64,000 bases of DNA, from positions 2,666,001-2,730,000 of the forward strand of contig OZ176059.1 in the NCBI GenBank assembly GCA_964247055.1, in the 5' to 3' direction. Below, piece after piece: positions 51,010-64,000 of the stretch. Position 1 is the stretch's first letter. The number at the start of each line of letters is the position of its first letter. A program made the translations under genes and the position numbers. Under the pieces are notes generated by a model, which was given only the letters and a program-made list of their open reading frames with translations, had not been told where the DNA came from and did not search any database. The stretch is from Paragordius varius. Lineage: Eukaryota; Animalia; Nematomorpha.

Positions 51010-52773
51010 GTATATTTTTTTGTTTGAGTGAATGCGTTTTAGCAGATTGTCATCATTTTTTAAAATATTGTAGAAGTATTCTCAAGAATTTGTCAAATTA
51101 TATTTGACAGATAAAACGGCCTTTAAAGGTTCAACATTTAATTTTGATTTTTCCGATGTCCACACCTGATTTACTGTGGAAAAAACGCGCTCAGTAGCAG
51201 CGTTGTTTCCAGGTAAAGATAGTGAAAATTCAACAATTTTTTAAATATATTGTATGTAATATAGTTAATTTCAAAATAATATATTTCCAACCATTTCTTT
51301 TCTACTGTATATTTTTTTGTCCATAACATAAGTTTTATATTATTAATATATCTCTAAGAATTTTTGGGAACAGATATAATCAAATGATTTTTGAACATAG
51401 CACCAAATTAATTATGGTTTTAATGTTATCCAATGAAAATAATCATTTTCATTGAATTGCGTCGTCCAGTCTTCCAAATAATCTTTACAGTTTATGTATT
51501 TTTATATGGTACAGGATATCTTGGCGATTTATTAAGCCTTGTTTTTCTAAATTATTTATAATGCGGATGGTTAATGGTATAAAATTATTTTCTAACCTTT
51601 CTTGACATTGGAATTAGTTCTAACTTAATTGACTAATTCAATTGCCGAAATTTTGTCACCTTCTATCAATATAATAACATTTTGAAAGAGAGAAGTTTAA
51701 TTATGTAGGGACTCTAACCATATTTTTAAAGAATCACTTTCAAAAAACTTTTCCAAAGTTGTAGAACATTTGTCCTGTGATAAAAAATAGGATATTAAAG
51801 GATCATACATTTTTAAAATTCTTTCGATAGCTGGCAGAAAACCAACGAGTTTTACAATATCCAAGCATTTTTTGATATTGAACTTCTGCATTTTCACAGA
51901 AATTCTTAAGCGTTTCAACGCGTACAGTTTATATATAAAAAAGATTTATATTTTAATAACAAAATTTTCCACATCTAGGGGTAACAAATCAGTAGCTGTT
52001 TTAGCCCTGTGTATTATATGCGCTGCACACCAACGCCAATAATGTTTTGATTTAGACTATCTGTAATTTATGAAAAATATTTTTTGGTCCCCTCCTTGTT
52101 TTTCCACCGAAGTTCGTAATGGTATCAGCGCAATATGCGATGATTTTGCCTTTTAAATTATTATTTTCTAAAATATTCATTATTGAAGTAAAACTTATGT
52201 CGGAATTTACACCGGGTAGCGAAATAAAATCTAAAATTTTAATTACTCCAGTTTCTGGGTCAAAATATCTTATTAAAGTGGGAAACAATTTTGTTTCCTT
52301 GTAAGATGCATCAAAGTATAGCGATATAAAATTAATTTTCAGTAAATCTTTTTGTATTTCAGAAAATGCATGTGGCGAAAGGACATTGCATTCAATGGCT
52401 TCAGCCCTTGTACGGGTACATGTAAATTTTTTATTGTATAAGGTGCGAATAACCTGTGAGGTACAGTCCATAGATCTAAAGGAATGATTGTGATTAACGG
52501 CGTGAAAAGATAACACGCTGTCAAATTCTTTTCTTCCTCTCCAAAAGTAATTTTTCGAAAAAAATAGCTCATTTTGCAAGATGATGCCCCCATATTTAAA
52601 CATTTTTTATGTTTCTGTGTTTCCATATGCTTTGTAATATCATGCTTGCCGCCATGTGCTAGGGTAAATTCCCCCTCGCATATAAGACATTTAACAAATA
52701 TTCTTCGTTTTTTTGATAAAGGAAAAATCTTTATTAATTTATCGTTGAATTTACAACCTCTTTTTGTGCTCAT
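51010..52773 (-). pseudogene. Frameshifted hAT transposase
   Basis: BED-like zinc finger (CLICEGEFTLAHGGKHDITKHMETQKH), FHAVNHNHSFRSMDC, first catalytic Asp region (ISLYFDAS), GCAAHIIH, and the dimerisation motif LPGNNAATERVFS (~51170-51220). Multiple stops and frameshifts. Confidence 0.88.
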
Positions 52774-55329
52774 ATTTATAAACTAATATTAGTATAATAA
52801 ATATTATATTACCTTAATTTTCTGGAATAAACGTGTAAGGTACCGATTTATGGTATCAATTGGTCTTTTAATCTAGAGATTTGTGGTATTAACTTGGCTT
52901 TTTGATAATGATGACAGTATAAGTAGGAAGCAAAGTGTATAATCATATGATATAAATTCGAAAAAAATAAATATTTTAATTTAAAAATAAAAAAACTTTA
53001 ATTTAAAATTGAATAGATTTTAAAGATATTTAATGATATAAACGGATAAAAAAATTTATTTGTATTAAAAATTTTTTTTATATAATCGTGAAAAAGCGGG
53101 ACATTTTAACGTAGCGGGACGCGGGACAAAGTGTGAAAAAGCGGGACTGTCCCGCCAAAAGCGGGACGTCTGGTCACCTTACGCATACCTATAATAATAT
53201 CAATAAATTATGGTCTGGCTAAATTTTTATCTTCCAGTCATTAAATAAGTAATATCAATTTTTTAAAAAAAAATTTTCTATGCACATATGTTATATAAAA
53301 ACAAACTTTTACGTGGTTAATTCATATTTTTTAAAATATTTATTTTAAATAGGCTTAAGGTGGCCAACAACCCCAATTTTAATCGAAAGACTGAAATGAA
53401 TGTGTTGTTGTATTTAAGTGTTTATGTATCGAAATGTAGCTTGGTAAAATCTCATAATGCTGAAATTTGGGGGGTATAAATTATTTAAATGGATGTTAAT
53501 GGTGTAAATAAATATTTAGAAAGCTTTTGAAAAATATTTTAGCAGCAAATCCTTTAAAATTACCTCGTTTCAATCGGGTTTCGGAGCTATCCCAATTGTA
53601 ATTCAGAATTTAGAAAACTGTAAAAATAATTTTCTTGATTTAATAAAAAAAGAATTGAGATTAAATTTTAACCAAAACAAATTTTAAAAAAGTAGTTTAT
53701 TTTAAGATGAGCTCTGGGCGACAAACCAACTTTAAAAGATAATGATTGTTTGAATTTTGGATATTAGCCACAAAGTTTTTGGATTCCTTTAAAAAGAATA
53801 TTTTTAAACTACACCCAAAATATTGGAGATTACGCGATAACAATTTTTATATAATTATTTAAAATAAAAATAAGTAATTTTAAAAAAGCACACTGTGCTT
53901 AAAAATTTAATTTTTAGTAAATTTTGTTAATTTCATGATAGCCGGGCCCTCGAAACGGTATATTACTTTAGGATATTAATTCTTTGATATATAAAATAAT
54001 GAGATAGAATTATTCACTTCAGAATTTCAAAAGTACTATAAAATTTGATATATTATTTTAATAAAACCATTTATGCTAACTATATTGGCGAACAAATGTT
54101 TTTATTAAAATTCTTAAAAATGTTCATTATCCTTGAATTATGGTAAAAGTGTTTTTATATTATCCTAGAGCGTTTTTAGACCCGTTCCACTATGCTTTAG
54201 AATATGAATACGGTTTAATAGTTCTAAAATAAAATTATAAAATCATTTTTAAAATAATATTTGTCATAATTAGCTACAAAATAAAATTGATATGCCACGA
54301 TCTCAGCATGTTAACTTTTATTTTAAAAATACTAGCTCATTTTAGGGTTAAATATTTATTTTTTCGGAGCCTTCATTCAAAAATCATTATTTAATATATT
54401 TAGTTTTTCCTTAAGACTCTAAGATGTTTGGGTTGGTTTAATCCATGGTCATTTATAATTCAATATCTAAATATTTTTAATGGGGCAAATTTAAAAATCT
54501 GCTTTCTTTAGCCTTATAGCCCATAATACAAGAAAAGATTTTATAAAAAAAATTGTAAAAATATTCTTATCCTAAACATCTTTGGCCCCTTTTTTAAATA
54601 TTTTATAACCCGCTAAAATAAAAGGCAAATAAAAATATATTTTGGTTTTATAAAAATAATTTAAGGTAATTTGAACCAAAACATTACTACTTTAGCCTCT
54701 TGGGAGGAAAATTAGCCAAATCATCGCGACAAAAGAAAAACATAAATTGACATAGTATATCAAAACTTTTAATGCTTTGGTGGAATAAAGCATCTAGAGT
54801 TTACTATTATTATTAATGTAGGCTAATTTTCTAGATATGGAATGCAAGGTTTAAATAGCTTCTCATATCAGTCATTTACCAAAATCATTACGATGCAAAT
54901 ATGTGTTTTTTTCGAATCCGTCGTGTATATAGGCCGTTTTTACGACTTAAAATCCAAATTGACTACTTTAAGTTTAAATGATTTGCACTTTGAAATTTTT
55001 TAGAAAAAATGAGTGTAACGTTAATTTTGACCAAATTTGAACTATAAAACGGGAGTTTAAATTTATATATCGCAGGTAAAAATATTAATCGCTTTATTTT
55101 CCCATTATTAAGATAGTATTAAAAAACGTAAAAATAAAACTTGAAAATATATTTTCTCATACTTCTCCTAAAAATATATAAATTTGTGTATATAACAACA
55201 TGAATATGCCACCGGTTAATAATTCTTTATTATATGATCGACTCTAAGAAAATTGGGAAAAAATTGAAATGAATCGTAAAATAATTTTATATTTTGAATC
55301 ATCTGTTAAGTTTAGTTGATTCGCCACAC

Positions 55330-58300
55330 ATGTATTTTGAAACTAGGGTTTTATCCCATCGCCAAAGAGTTTGCAGACTTTACAAAAATGCCTTAAAAAT
55401 GCTGCGGGATTATAACGAATATTAGTAAATAGTATCTTATACATATCTCATATTTTTTAATATAATCTATTAATCAAAATTTGTGTATTCCTGAGTTGTT
55501 TTATTTTTTTTGAGATTTAGCCGCAAATTATTTAATTTTTTACAGATAATTTTTTCATAGAAATCTAAATCATATAAGATGCATTTTATAGATATAATGA
55601 ACGTATCATATCGTCAAATAAATTAAGTTTATATTAATAAAGATAATCCATTTTGAATAAACGTATTATTTATAAACTTTTAATTAACTAATAATATTTA
55701 TTATTTATTTAGTGATAAATGGCGTTATGACGCAGTTTTGTTGCGTCATTCTTTCGAAAAATACCGCAACCTTAAGGACATGATAAAAGCCAAACAAATT
55801 TTGGCGGAATGCGAGCAATTTTACGAAAGGTATAAGCATGACCAGCCCATTATTTGTAAGTATTTAATCAAAGTACATCTTTTTTACACCTCAAAAAAAA
55901 TATGTTAAAGGCAATATCGTTAATTTGTAAAAAAAATAAGTTAAATAACTGGTTTTTACCAACTTGATTAATAATATTGATAATGTTATGGGTTTTTATT
56001 TGGAAATAAATGTCCGTATTAAACGTAAACGGTCTAAAAACAATAATTAGTTGCGTACTCAATTGATATTCCACCGGAAAAACTTGAGATGTTTTGACCA
56101 AATTAAGTCATAGATAAACGGTACTGCCCCCAACAGAATCAATTTTATATATTTGTTTTTAATAATGAAATAGAAATCGAATATTAGTTATTGCTTTGAG
56201 AAGGGAGATGACCAAAATTGCCGTTAAAAACAGTTTTTTCATTTTATTGGAAAAAGATTTATATTATAATTTTAGCTTTTTTGTATGTGTTGTTTCCTCA
56301 AAAAATTATCCAAACGTAATAAGGACATTAAATTTGTTTGATTATCTCCCAATCTGTTGGGTTCTAAAGTCCGACTTTCACCTCCGTGTAGTGCACCCTG
56401 GATATCCAACCAACGAGAGCGGCACATGGAAAGACATATGTATGGTCTAATGTGGTGAGCATGAGAAAGGGCTTCTTATGCTCTACAAAAAATACCACAA
56501 TGCCTGAGATGTCACACAAAATCGATAAAGCGGGAATTGGCGCTATAACCAGAGAGAGCCCTTACAACAAAACAAAAATGATGGACACACATGGTATGGT
56601 ATACAATCTTGATATCTGAATGTGGGGAGAAAATTTCGTTAGCTCTGTAACGCAATTTCCTAGGTTTGAAAGCCAAATAAGTTCCCTTAATTAAATGCTA
56701 GGATTGTATTTACTCCTCCTCGGAGTTAAGAGGTTTATGAAGGCATAAAATTGTAATACCTTGCCTTATTTTTATGAAATAATGACAAATACAACTAAAA
56801 TGAGTTTAAAACGACAATTTTTGAATTATGCTACGTGGAACGTCGGATCTTTAAAAAACAGAACTATAGATGTTGGAGGAAAAACTTAAATTTTTTCAAG
56901 TTGATGTATGTTGCTTATAAGAAACAAGGTATGCTAGAAGCGGCAATTTTAGTCCTGGGGATTACAAATGGTTTGATCGTGAAGAAATAAGGCGACAGGG
57001 GGTATCGGAATTCTTTTATATTAAAAGCATTGTGACAACATTCTTGATGTTTTAAGACACAATGACCGTATAAACCAAATTAGATTAGTACATAGAACTC
57101 CATAATTATTATAATATACCATTTGCACTTTAATAGTGTCCTTGAACACTTCAAGTTGGTCTTTGAACATTTCAAGTTGGTCTTTGAACAGTTCAAGTTG
57201 GTCCTTTGATTTTTTTGTTTTGTTTTTAACTTTTATCAATCAAATCGTAAATAATTCATCCTTTATTGTTTTTAATTTTCTATTTATCATAAATTTTAAA
57301 TCGATATCATTTTTTAATCTTTGAGAAACAGTATATCTTTATTAATTTCTTAAGATTTTGGATATTTAAAAGATTTTAACACGAAATGAAAAAATATATA
57401 AGTTTTTTGGGTTATTAATTAAAATTTTTCCTTAAAAACATATAAATGTCAATAATTTTGTTCAATTGAAAAAAAATAGTTTGAAACAAAAAAGTGGTTT
57501 TTCAATAAAAAATTTTATTTTAAAATGAATAAATATATAATAAATAATGATAATTAGGTTGATAAATAATATAATAAAAAAATAAATGCGAAAATTATGG
57601 TAAAATCAAAATTGATAAATTTTAAGGACCAACTTGAAATGTTCAAGGACCAACTTGAAATGTTCAAGGACCAACTTGAACTGTTCAAGGACCAACTTGA
57701 AATGTTCAAGGACACTCTTGAAGTGCAAATGGTATATGTGTAAATGCCCCACAACCCTGGACTCACAGACAGTCTAAAACAAAAATACTGGGTTCAACTT
57801 TTTTAATAATGCGTGAAGTTCATGATAAAGAGGCCTCATAATGATACCCGGCGACATGAATGGACACGTGGGCAAACAAGGAATTGGATATGATGGCATC
57901 CATGGTGGTTTTGAATTGGGACTTCTAAACAAGGAAGAGAAATCCGTCCCTCCTTGATTTCAGTGCAAATTTTAACCTATGCATACTAAATACAAACTTA
58001 ACCAAACCTGATCATAAGCCATATACATAATACTCAGGAAATGCCAAATCTCAAATTGATTATATTCTGATTCTAAAGGAGAGAAAGAAAAATATGCAAT
58101 GTTACAAAATGTTACAATGCTGTATCTACCTTACTATTAGGACCAAATTCCAATTCCATACCAATAAGACACCACAAACCCAAAAACCAAACATCAAGAT
58201 ACTTCAAAAACCCATTTATGCTGATAAGTTTATGGAAGCTGTCTAATATAGATTTAAAAGAAAGTTGCTTAGTTAAAAAAAACCTGGGTTAAACCTGGGA

Positions 58301-61300
58301 AATTTATTAATCAGAACACACCAAGGCATTATGTGGCATAACAATGGGCACTAGGAAAAGGAAATTAAATTGGTGGTGGAGTGGTGAGATTAAACCCTAA
58401 ATTAAATTACGAAACCGAGCATTCCGATTGTAGAAAAAAACCCATAAGTAGCGAAGTTGCAAAATCAATCACTAAACTCAAACATGAAAACAGCATAAAA
58501 ATTGCAGAGTCGCTAGAAAAGGATGCAAAATTTTATAATCTTTAATCGAATAAAATTATTAAATGAAAATAAAAAAGATATATCCAAAACGAAATAAAAA
58601 TGGTAATATTCAAACAAATCATTCCGAAGTTATGAAAATATGGGAAGATTATACAACAAATCTATATCATAATTTCTTCCAAGAATATCAACAATAAACA
58701 ATTAATTTTAGAATTTTCGTTTGCTGACGAGGTAAATGCTCTAAAAAAATGAAAATAATAAATCAAGTGGACCTACTCAACTCTCTTCTGATATAATAAG
58801 AAAATCAAGAAAAACCGGATTACAATACCACATTAGAAATCATCACAATCCCTCTTTATAAATAAAGGCAGTCAGAATGCTCTTCCTATAGATTGATTAA
58901 ACTTTTAGAACACGCTTTAATAATATTTATAATTGTATTAAAAAATAAATTAAGAAACCAGGTAACATTATTATCTACACAATTTGCCTTCCGTCCAAGC
59001 CACTCAATTACAGACGCCATCTTTATCCTAAAACGGATACAAGATAACACCTATCTTTTAAAAAATAAAAAACTATATCATCCTTTTCTTCATTTGATGA
59101 AGGCTTCTGACACAATACCTCAAGCATTAAATCCATGGACCTTAAAAATCAATAACGTTCATGAACAATTAATATAAGCTATTATGCTTTTCTATCAAAC
59201 TTTGAAATTAAAGTAGGACTCCATCAGGGATCAGCCTTAAGCCCCTTGCTGTTTATTACAATATCACGCGATATTCGGTTAAATCTGCTACATGAAATTT
59301 TATATGCAGATGATATAGTGCTTACCGCAACCTCGATTTCAAACCTAGAAATAATGTTTATACAATGGGCAACAACAGCTAACCAAATTTATATTCAAAA
59401 TTGTGAAAATAAAAGCTAAATTAATAACAAGCGAACCCTACAATGAAATTAAATAGCCATGAGGAGTTTGTGCGGATTAAAAGTTGGAATTGATTCTATT
59501 CTCTGCTCTGCATGTAGAAATAGGTGTTCAAAAAGTCCAACATTACCGCAAACTATCCGAACAGATAAATTTTAAGTGCGACTCATGCGTGCAGCATTCA
59601 ACGCTCCTACCAATTAAGCACATCGCCCTTAATAACTCAAACTTTGAAGTTGTAAACAAGTTTACATATCTTGATGACAAAATAACTTAATTGATAAAAT
59701 GGGTTTAAGACCAGTTTTGACATATGCCACAGAAATCATGGCATCACACAAACACAAGAGAAACGTTTTATTAGCGCGGAAAATCACATACTACAACTGA
59801 TGTCAACGCAACTAAATCCCCAAGATATCCACAATCACATACAAATAGAGCCAATCGACAAATTCATATAATTCAAAAGAATAAGTTATTACGATTATTT
59901 TCACCGTATGAATCCTGATAATCCGATTACCTCATTCGACATCATCCCACCCGGTAACAAGAAGCCCGGTCGTCCACGTTTAACTTGGGCTAAAAAGATT
60001 GATCTGGATTTACAAATACTCAAACTACTACATATTGTATTGATTAAGAACTATATCATAAAAAGCTGGATAGTTTACGATGGCGGACCATCAAAATTGA
60101 TTGTTAAACAACAACAATATTGCAATCTTTTGTAAAATAAAACAATTTCTTAATAAAACAATAAGACTGGAACTATTAATGTGAATTTTCAAAAAACATA
60201 TTGAACCGAAATCCACACAAAAAATACAGGTTTGACTCGGTGTTGATATACTTAAAATATCTGTTTTTTTGGATTTTTGTCTTTATTTTCTCTTCTTGTG
60301 TGGCCCATAACCACCAAGTTAGCCCATCATCTATTCTATTTAAAAATTGTGTCTCATACAAAAGCTGCCCTATTTGACACATTATATATATATATATAGT
60401 ATACCATTTGTCCTTTAAGAATGACTTTAAACACTAAAAGTTGGGCCTTAAAAGTTTGTGTATAATCCTAGTTTTTGCATGTAGTAGTTTATTTTTTTTA
60501 TTATTTTGCCTAATGTATTTATTAATTATATGTTTTAATTCAAAAATTAACATTAGTTTTAACAAAACATTTTTTGATTCTAAGCAGTTTTTTATAATTC
60601 AAAAATATTTTAACTTATAAATATTATTAATGGGAAATGCAGTTTATAACCCAAACTTATATATTATTTAGTTATGCGTTAAAAAACTTTATTATATTAA
60701 AAAAATTAGTGAATGAAATTATAGGGTTTCTGAATGAAAAATTGATATTGATTTAATATTTAGGATAAAAATGATAGTAGAACTGAAAAATTGGTTTGAT
60801 CGATAAAAGTTAGATACCTAAAAAAATGTCGAAAAACAGTCTTGAAATAGTTTTGATGACCAACTTGAAGTGTTCAAGGTCCAACCTTAAAGTGCTTAAG
60901 GGCACCTTGAAATGTTTGAACATTGATTCGAGGGGTACAAGAACCTTCTTGAAGTTTACTTAATATACCATTTACAGTTCAAATTCACCCTTAAATAATT
61001 TAAATTCACCCTTGAATAATTTAAATTCACCCTTGAACTATTCAAATTAACCCTAATTTATGTGTTTTCGAACTAATATAACTGATTATTAATAGGAAAT
61101 ATATCTTTATGGCGCATAGTTTATTATTTTTTCAGTATATATTTAATTTAAAACAAAATTTTATTTTTTAACATTATATATAAAAATATAGGTAATTTTT
61201 GCTTTTAAATAAACTCATAATTTATTTGTGGGTAAATTTAAATTTGGTTCAAACGGTGAATTTGAATTTTGTACAAGGACACTCTTGAAATCAAATTTAA

Positions 61301-61526
61301 ATGATATTTATTTATACATTTTTTTGTATTAGTTCCCAAGGACCCTGGTGGTGTAGCTGAAGGACGATATGCCCCTATCCCTGACATTGTATTGGATATG
61401 TGGCACCCGCTTGAGAAAATGCAATACCCACACTATTTCGCATTGCGTGAAAAACGTAAGGAGGATTACATCAAAATGTACAGTGAAAAGTATGGCAATG
61501 ATATAGATATCCCTACACATCATTAG
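55330..61526 (+). CDS. NDUFB9: NADH:ubiquinone oxidoreductase subunit B9 (B22, LYR family), 3 exons, 143 aa
   Basis: Exons 55330-55424 (MYFETRVLSHRQRVCRLYKNALKML), 55713-55855 (DKWRYDAVLLRHSFEKYRNLKDMIKAKQIL...HDQPIIF) and 61333-61526 (PKDPGG...VLDMWHPLEKMQYPHYFALREKRK). GT-AG junctions with consistent phase. Confidence 0.93.
56790..60060 (+). mobile_element. Near full-length degraded RTE-type LINE (APE + RT) in NDUFB9 intron 2
   Basis: APE motifs ATWNVGSL, VDVCCL*ETR, GDMNGHVG and SQIDYIL. RT motifs FAFRPSHSITDAIFIL, KVGLHQGSALSPLLF, LYADDIV, EVVNKFTYL and KKPGRPRLTW. Many stops. Confidence 0.88.
57119..57732. mobile_element. MITE family B (TA|CCATTTGCAC...GTGCAAATGG|TA; 21-bp TTGAACATTTCAAGTTGGTCC repeats)
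   Basis: Clear TIRs with TA flanks and 3-5 inverted 21-mers per end; inserted in the LINE endonuclease region. Confidence 0.88.
60404..61300. mobile_element. Degenerate family B element with a family A MITE (60968-~61273) nested inside
   Basis: TA|CCATTTGTCC at ~60402; GACCAACTTGAAGTGTTCAAGG repeats at ~60858; TA|CCATTTACAGTTC at 60966 with 21-mers; residual CAAGGACACTCTTGAA at ~61275. Confidence 0.6.
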
Positions 61527-61841
61527 GTGGGGATGGTCAATAGCTTATATTCTAACCACTATATCTAATATACTACACATTTCACAGTGGCTTGAAATGA
61601 TGATTTTTTGTTGATTACAATGAGATTAATATATGATTATCATGAAAAAAAATGCATATATAAATGAAATAATTATTAGCATATGGTTAAAAATATGATT
61701 AAAGTACACCATATACCACCCTCGATCAATACTAACTATCGTATATACTTGGACCTTTAACATGTTTTTTTAACCATGTACTAATCATTTTTTTCATTTG
61801 ATATTTTATTTGTTTTTTTCGTGATAATCATTTATTAATTT

Positions 61842-61883
<42 letters not shown>

Positions 61884-62138
61884 AAAATTTAATTTATTCA
61901 GTCAAAATATATAAAGACAAATTTTTTGAAAAGTCAACAAAATTTTAATCAATTTATCTCATACCATATAATTACAATTTTGTAATAGATAAAATTGATT
62001 GTGTGCACAATTTACATCTCTATTCTTTATATTTAACCTAAAACGATGAGTTAAATTTAATAAAGATCAAGATTTTAAATATTATGGTTGTCTTTATAAA
62101 AAAATATTTGTTCGTTTTATCTAAGTAAATTTAATTTC

Positions 62139-62174
<36 letters not shown>

Positions 62175-62434
62175 AATGTATATGGCGTGTTACCGTATTT
62201 AATTGTTACATTTGCATTTTAGTATCATGATCATTATAAATAAATCTTCTATAATTCAATAAAAAAATTACATTTTTTGGTTTCTAAATTCTTATTTTTA
62301 CAATTTCGGATACCTCATCTATAATATTTTTAGAATTATAATTGATTAAAATATCCAAAATATATGATCTATCAAGACTTTAAAATCCTTTATTTATTAT
62401 GAGCATTATAATTATTTTAGAAAGCCATTCTATT

Positions 62435-62478
<44 letters not shown>

Positions 62479-64000
62479 AACCCTATATATGGACAGTTTT
62501 GATGCAAAACAAAAAATTGTTATAACTTGGCGTATAAAACGATAGAAAATTTCTCGATGTTTAAAATATTTATAAACTCACAATTGATTGTATGGAAAGT
62601 GTTTTACGATTTTTAGCATTTCATTTGATATATTTCTGGTAAAAAAAACTTTTTAAAATTAAAATCAATAAAAGTTTTTTTGTAGAATGTACATTTTAGT
62701 AAATTTTTCCCAAAAACATGTAACCCCATTCAAGTTGATAAAAATAAATGCGGAACACAATCCCACGACATTTTTAAATTAACTTCTTAGTTAAGCCCTA
62801 GTGTCAGAAAATAAAGTTTTTTAAAAAATATAGGTGCGCCCACGAGTTTGAGAGATCTGCAAAATGTGTAAGCTCAGAAATTAATAATGGATTTATGCGC
62901 CGAAATAGTATAGAAAATTTTTTATAATCCCTATCCCTTCTTCCCCCTCCCCTTCCATTTAAAATAATTGTTTTGCAGCAATTCCCACAAATTGAATAAA
63001 TTAAGAACGATTCTCAGCATAAAGCAAAAATTACTTTTGAGTGCTATTTTTAATCGGCTAAATAAAACATGTCACCGTACAAAAGTAACTTAAGGATACG
63101 AAATCATGTCTGTATACACCATTATGTTAAAATAACCCGTGGTTTTTAGGCAATTTTAGTTCAGCGCTTCTTGATTAGCTTCTAAGTAAGGTTTTAACTC
63201 TTTGTACAATACATTATAACGTGGCTCTTAAGCTTATTTATGAGAAACGAGACTATATGGATTTTTTGGTAACCCACATAAAAGTAAAAAATTTTACGAT
63301 CATAGATTAAATCTTGGGTAGGGCGATATTCTATTTGTAAAAAAACCGCCACCTAATAAAAACGTGGCGAAGCAACTTCAGAACGGGACACACAATAATC
63401 GTTTTAGGTGCATGAAATAGCAAATTGCATAGTTGCATTTTTTATGTTCGGAGGGTAAGGCTCTACACTTTGTAAATACGCCACCATATAAAATAACGTG
63501 GCTCTCAAACACAATATAACTATAACGTAGTCGGAAAGGCCATGTGACTAAATAGACATTTAATCATCCCTTTAGGTGCCTATAAAGGCATAATGCTTTT
63601 TATGTCGTTAATGGGTCTTTATTAAATAAACTTTAAAGTAATGTGGCTTTGCATTTGGAATATATGCTGTATAATAATGGTTCTAGGTATTTTTATTATA
63701 TGATCTCAGCCAGTTTTTTGCCTATATGTTTAAATTAAAAAAGAGATATTTATTTTATAATATAATAAAGAATCTTCTTTTGTTTACTCCAAAGCCGTTT
63801 CAAATTATTATCTTATATATTGGTTAAGATAGAAACATGCCTTAAATAAGGGCATCAACGCATAACTCAAAAAAAATTTTCTAACTAATAAATTATAATC
63901 CTTATCTCAACTTTTAGCTGCCATGAAATAAAGGTTGAGTTATTTTTGATTATATTTTGGCAGCAAATTTTTAATAAATGGGTTTAATTGGATATCAGCT

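Larger units (their letters stand above)
50009..53181 (-). mobile_element. hAT transposon (Tip100/Zaphod-like termini) with perfect 8-bp TSD
   Basis: TIR TAAGGTGACCAG (50009) / CTGGTCACCTTA (53181); TSD CGCATACC at 50001-50008 and 53182-53189; multiple subterminal GCGGGAC motifs. Confidence 0.93.

Noticed and set aside
55330-61526. NDUFB9 shorter than the human protein (143 aa)
   Set aside because: Invertebrate orthologues commonly lack the vertebrate C-terminal extension, so this is not unusual.

Overview
AT-rich eukaryotic (animal) genomic DNA with GT-AG introns. I saw no prokaryotic features, rRNA, tRNA or CRISPR. Four host genes were rebuilt by hand from splice sites and reading phase: (1) a 5'-truncated tandem-GNAT acetyltransferase (+, 1-2237); (2) a complete 25-exon long-form BET bromodomain gene, BRD4/fs(1)h-like, about 1842 aa (-, 12332-29859); (3) a 7-exon secreted S1A serine protease (+, 40414-48746); (4) 3-exon NDUFB9 (+, 55330-61526). 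The remainder is dense transposable-element sequence: RTE-type LINE remnants, Helitron-like elements with internal tandem arrays, TTAA-flanked MITEs, a hAT element with a perfect 8-bp TSD, and an IS630/Tc1-mariner DD34E element with foldback-like ends. Three observations stand out. First, obligatory spliceosomal introns of only 24-29 nt occur alongside multi-kb introns. Second, TA-flanked elements that all end in CCATTT carry 21-bp subterminal arrays of three different sequences, and one of them encodes a DD34E transposase. Third, the hAT element contains a tail-to-tail inverted copy of its own transposase 3' half. All coordinates were read by eye, with no alignments or database searches run, and the species cannot be identified from this window.
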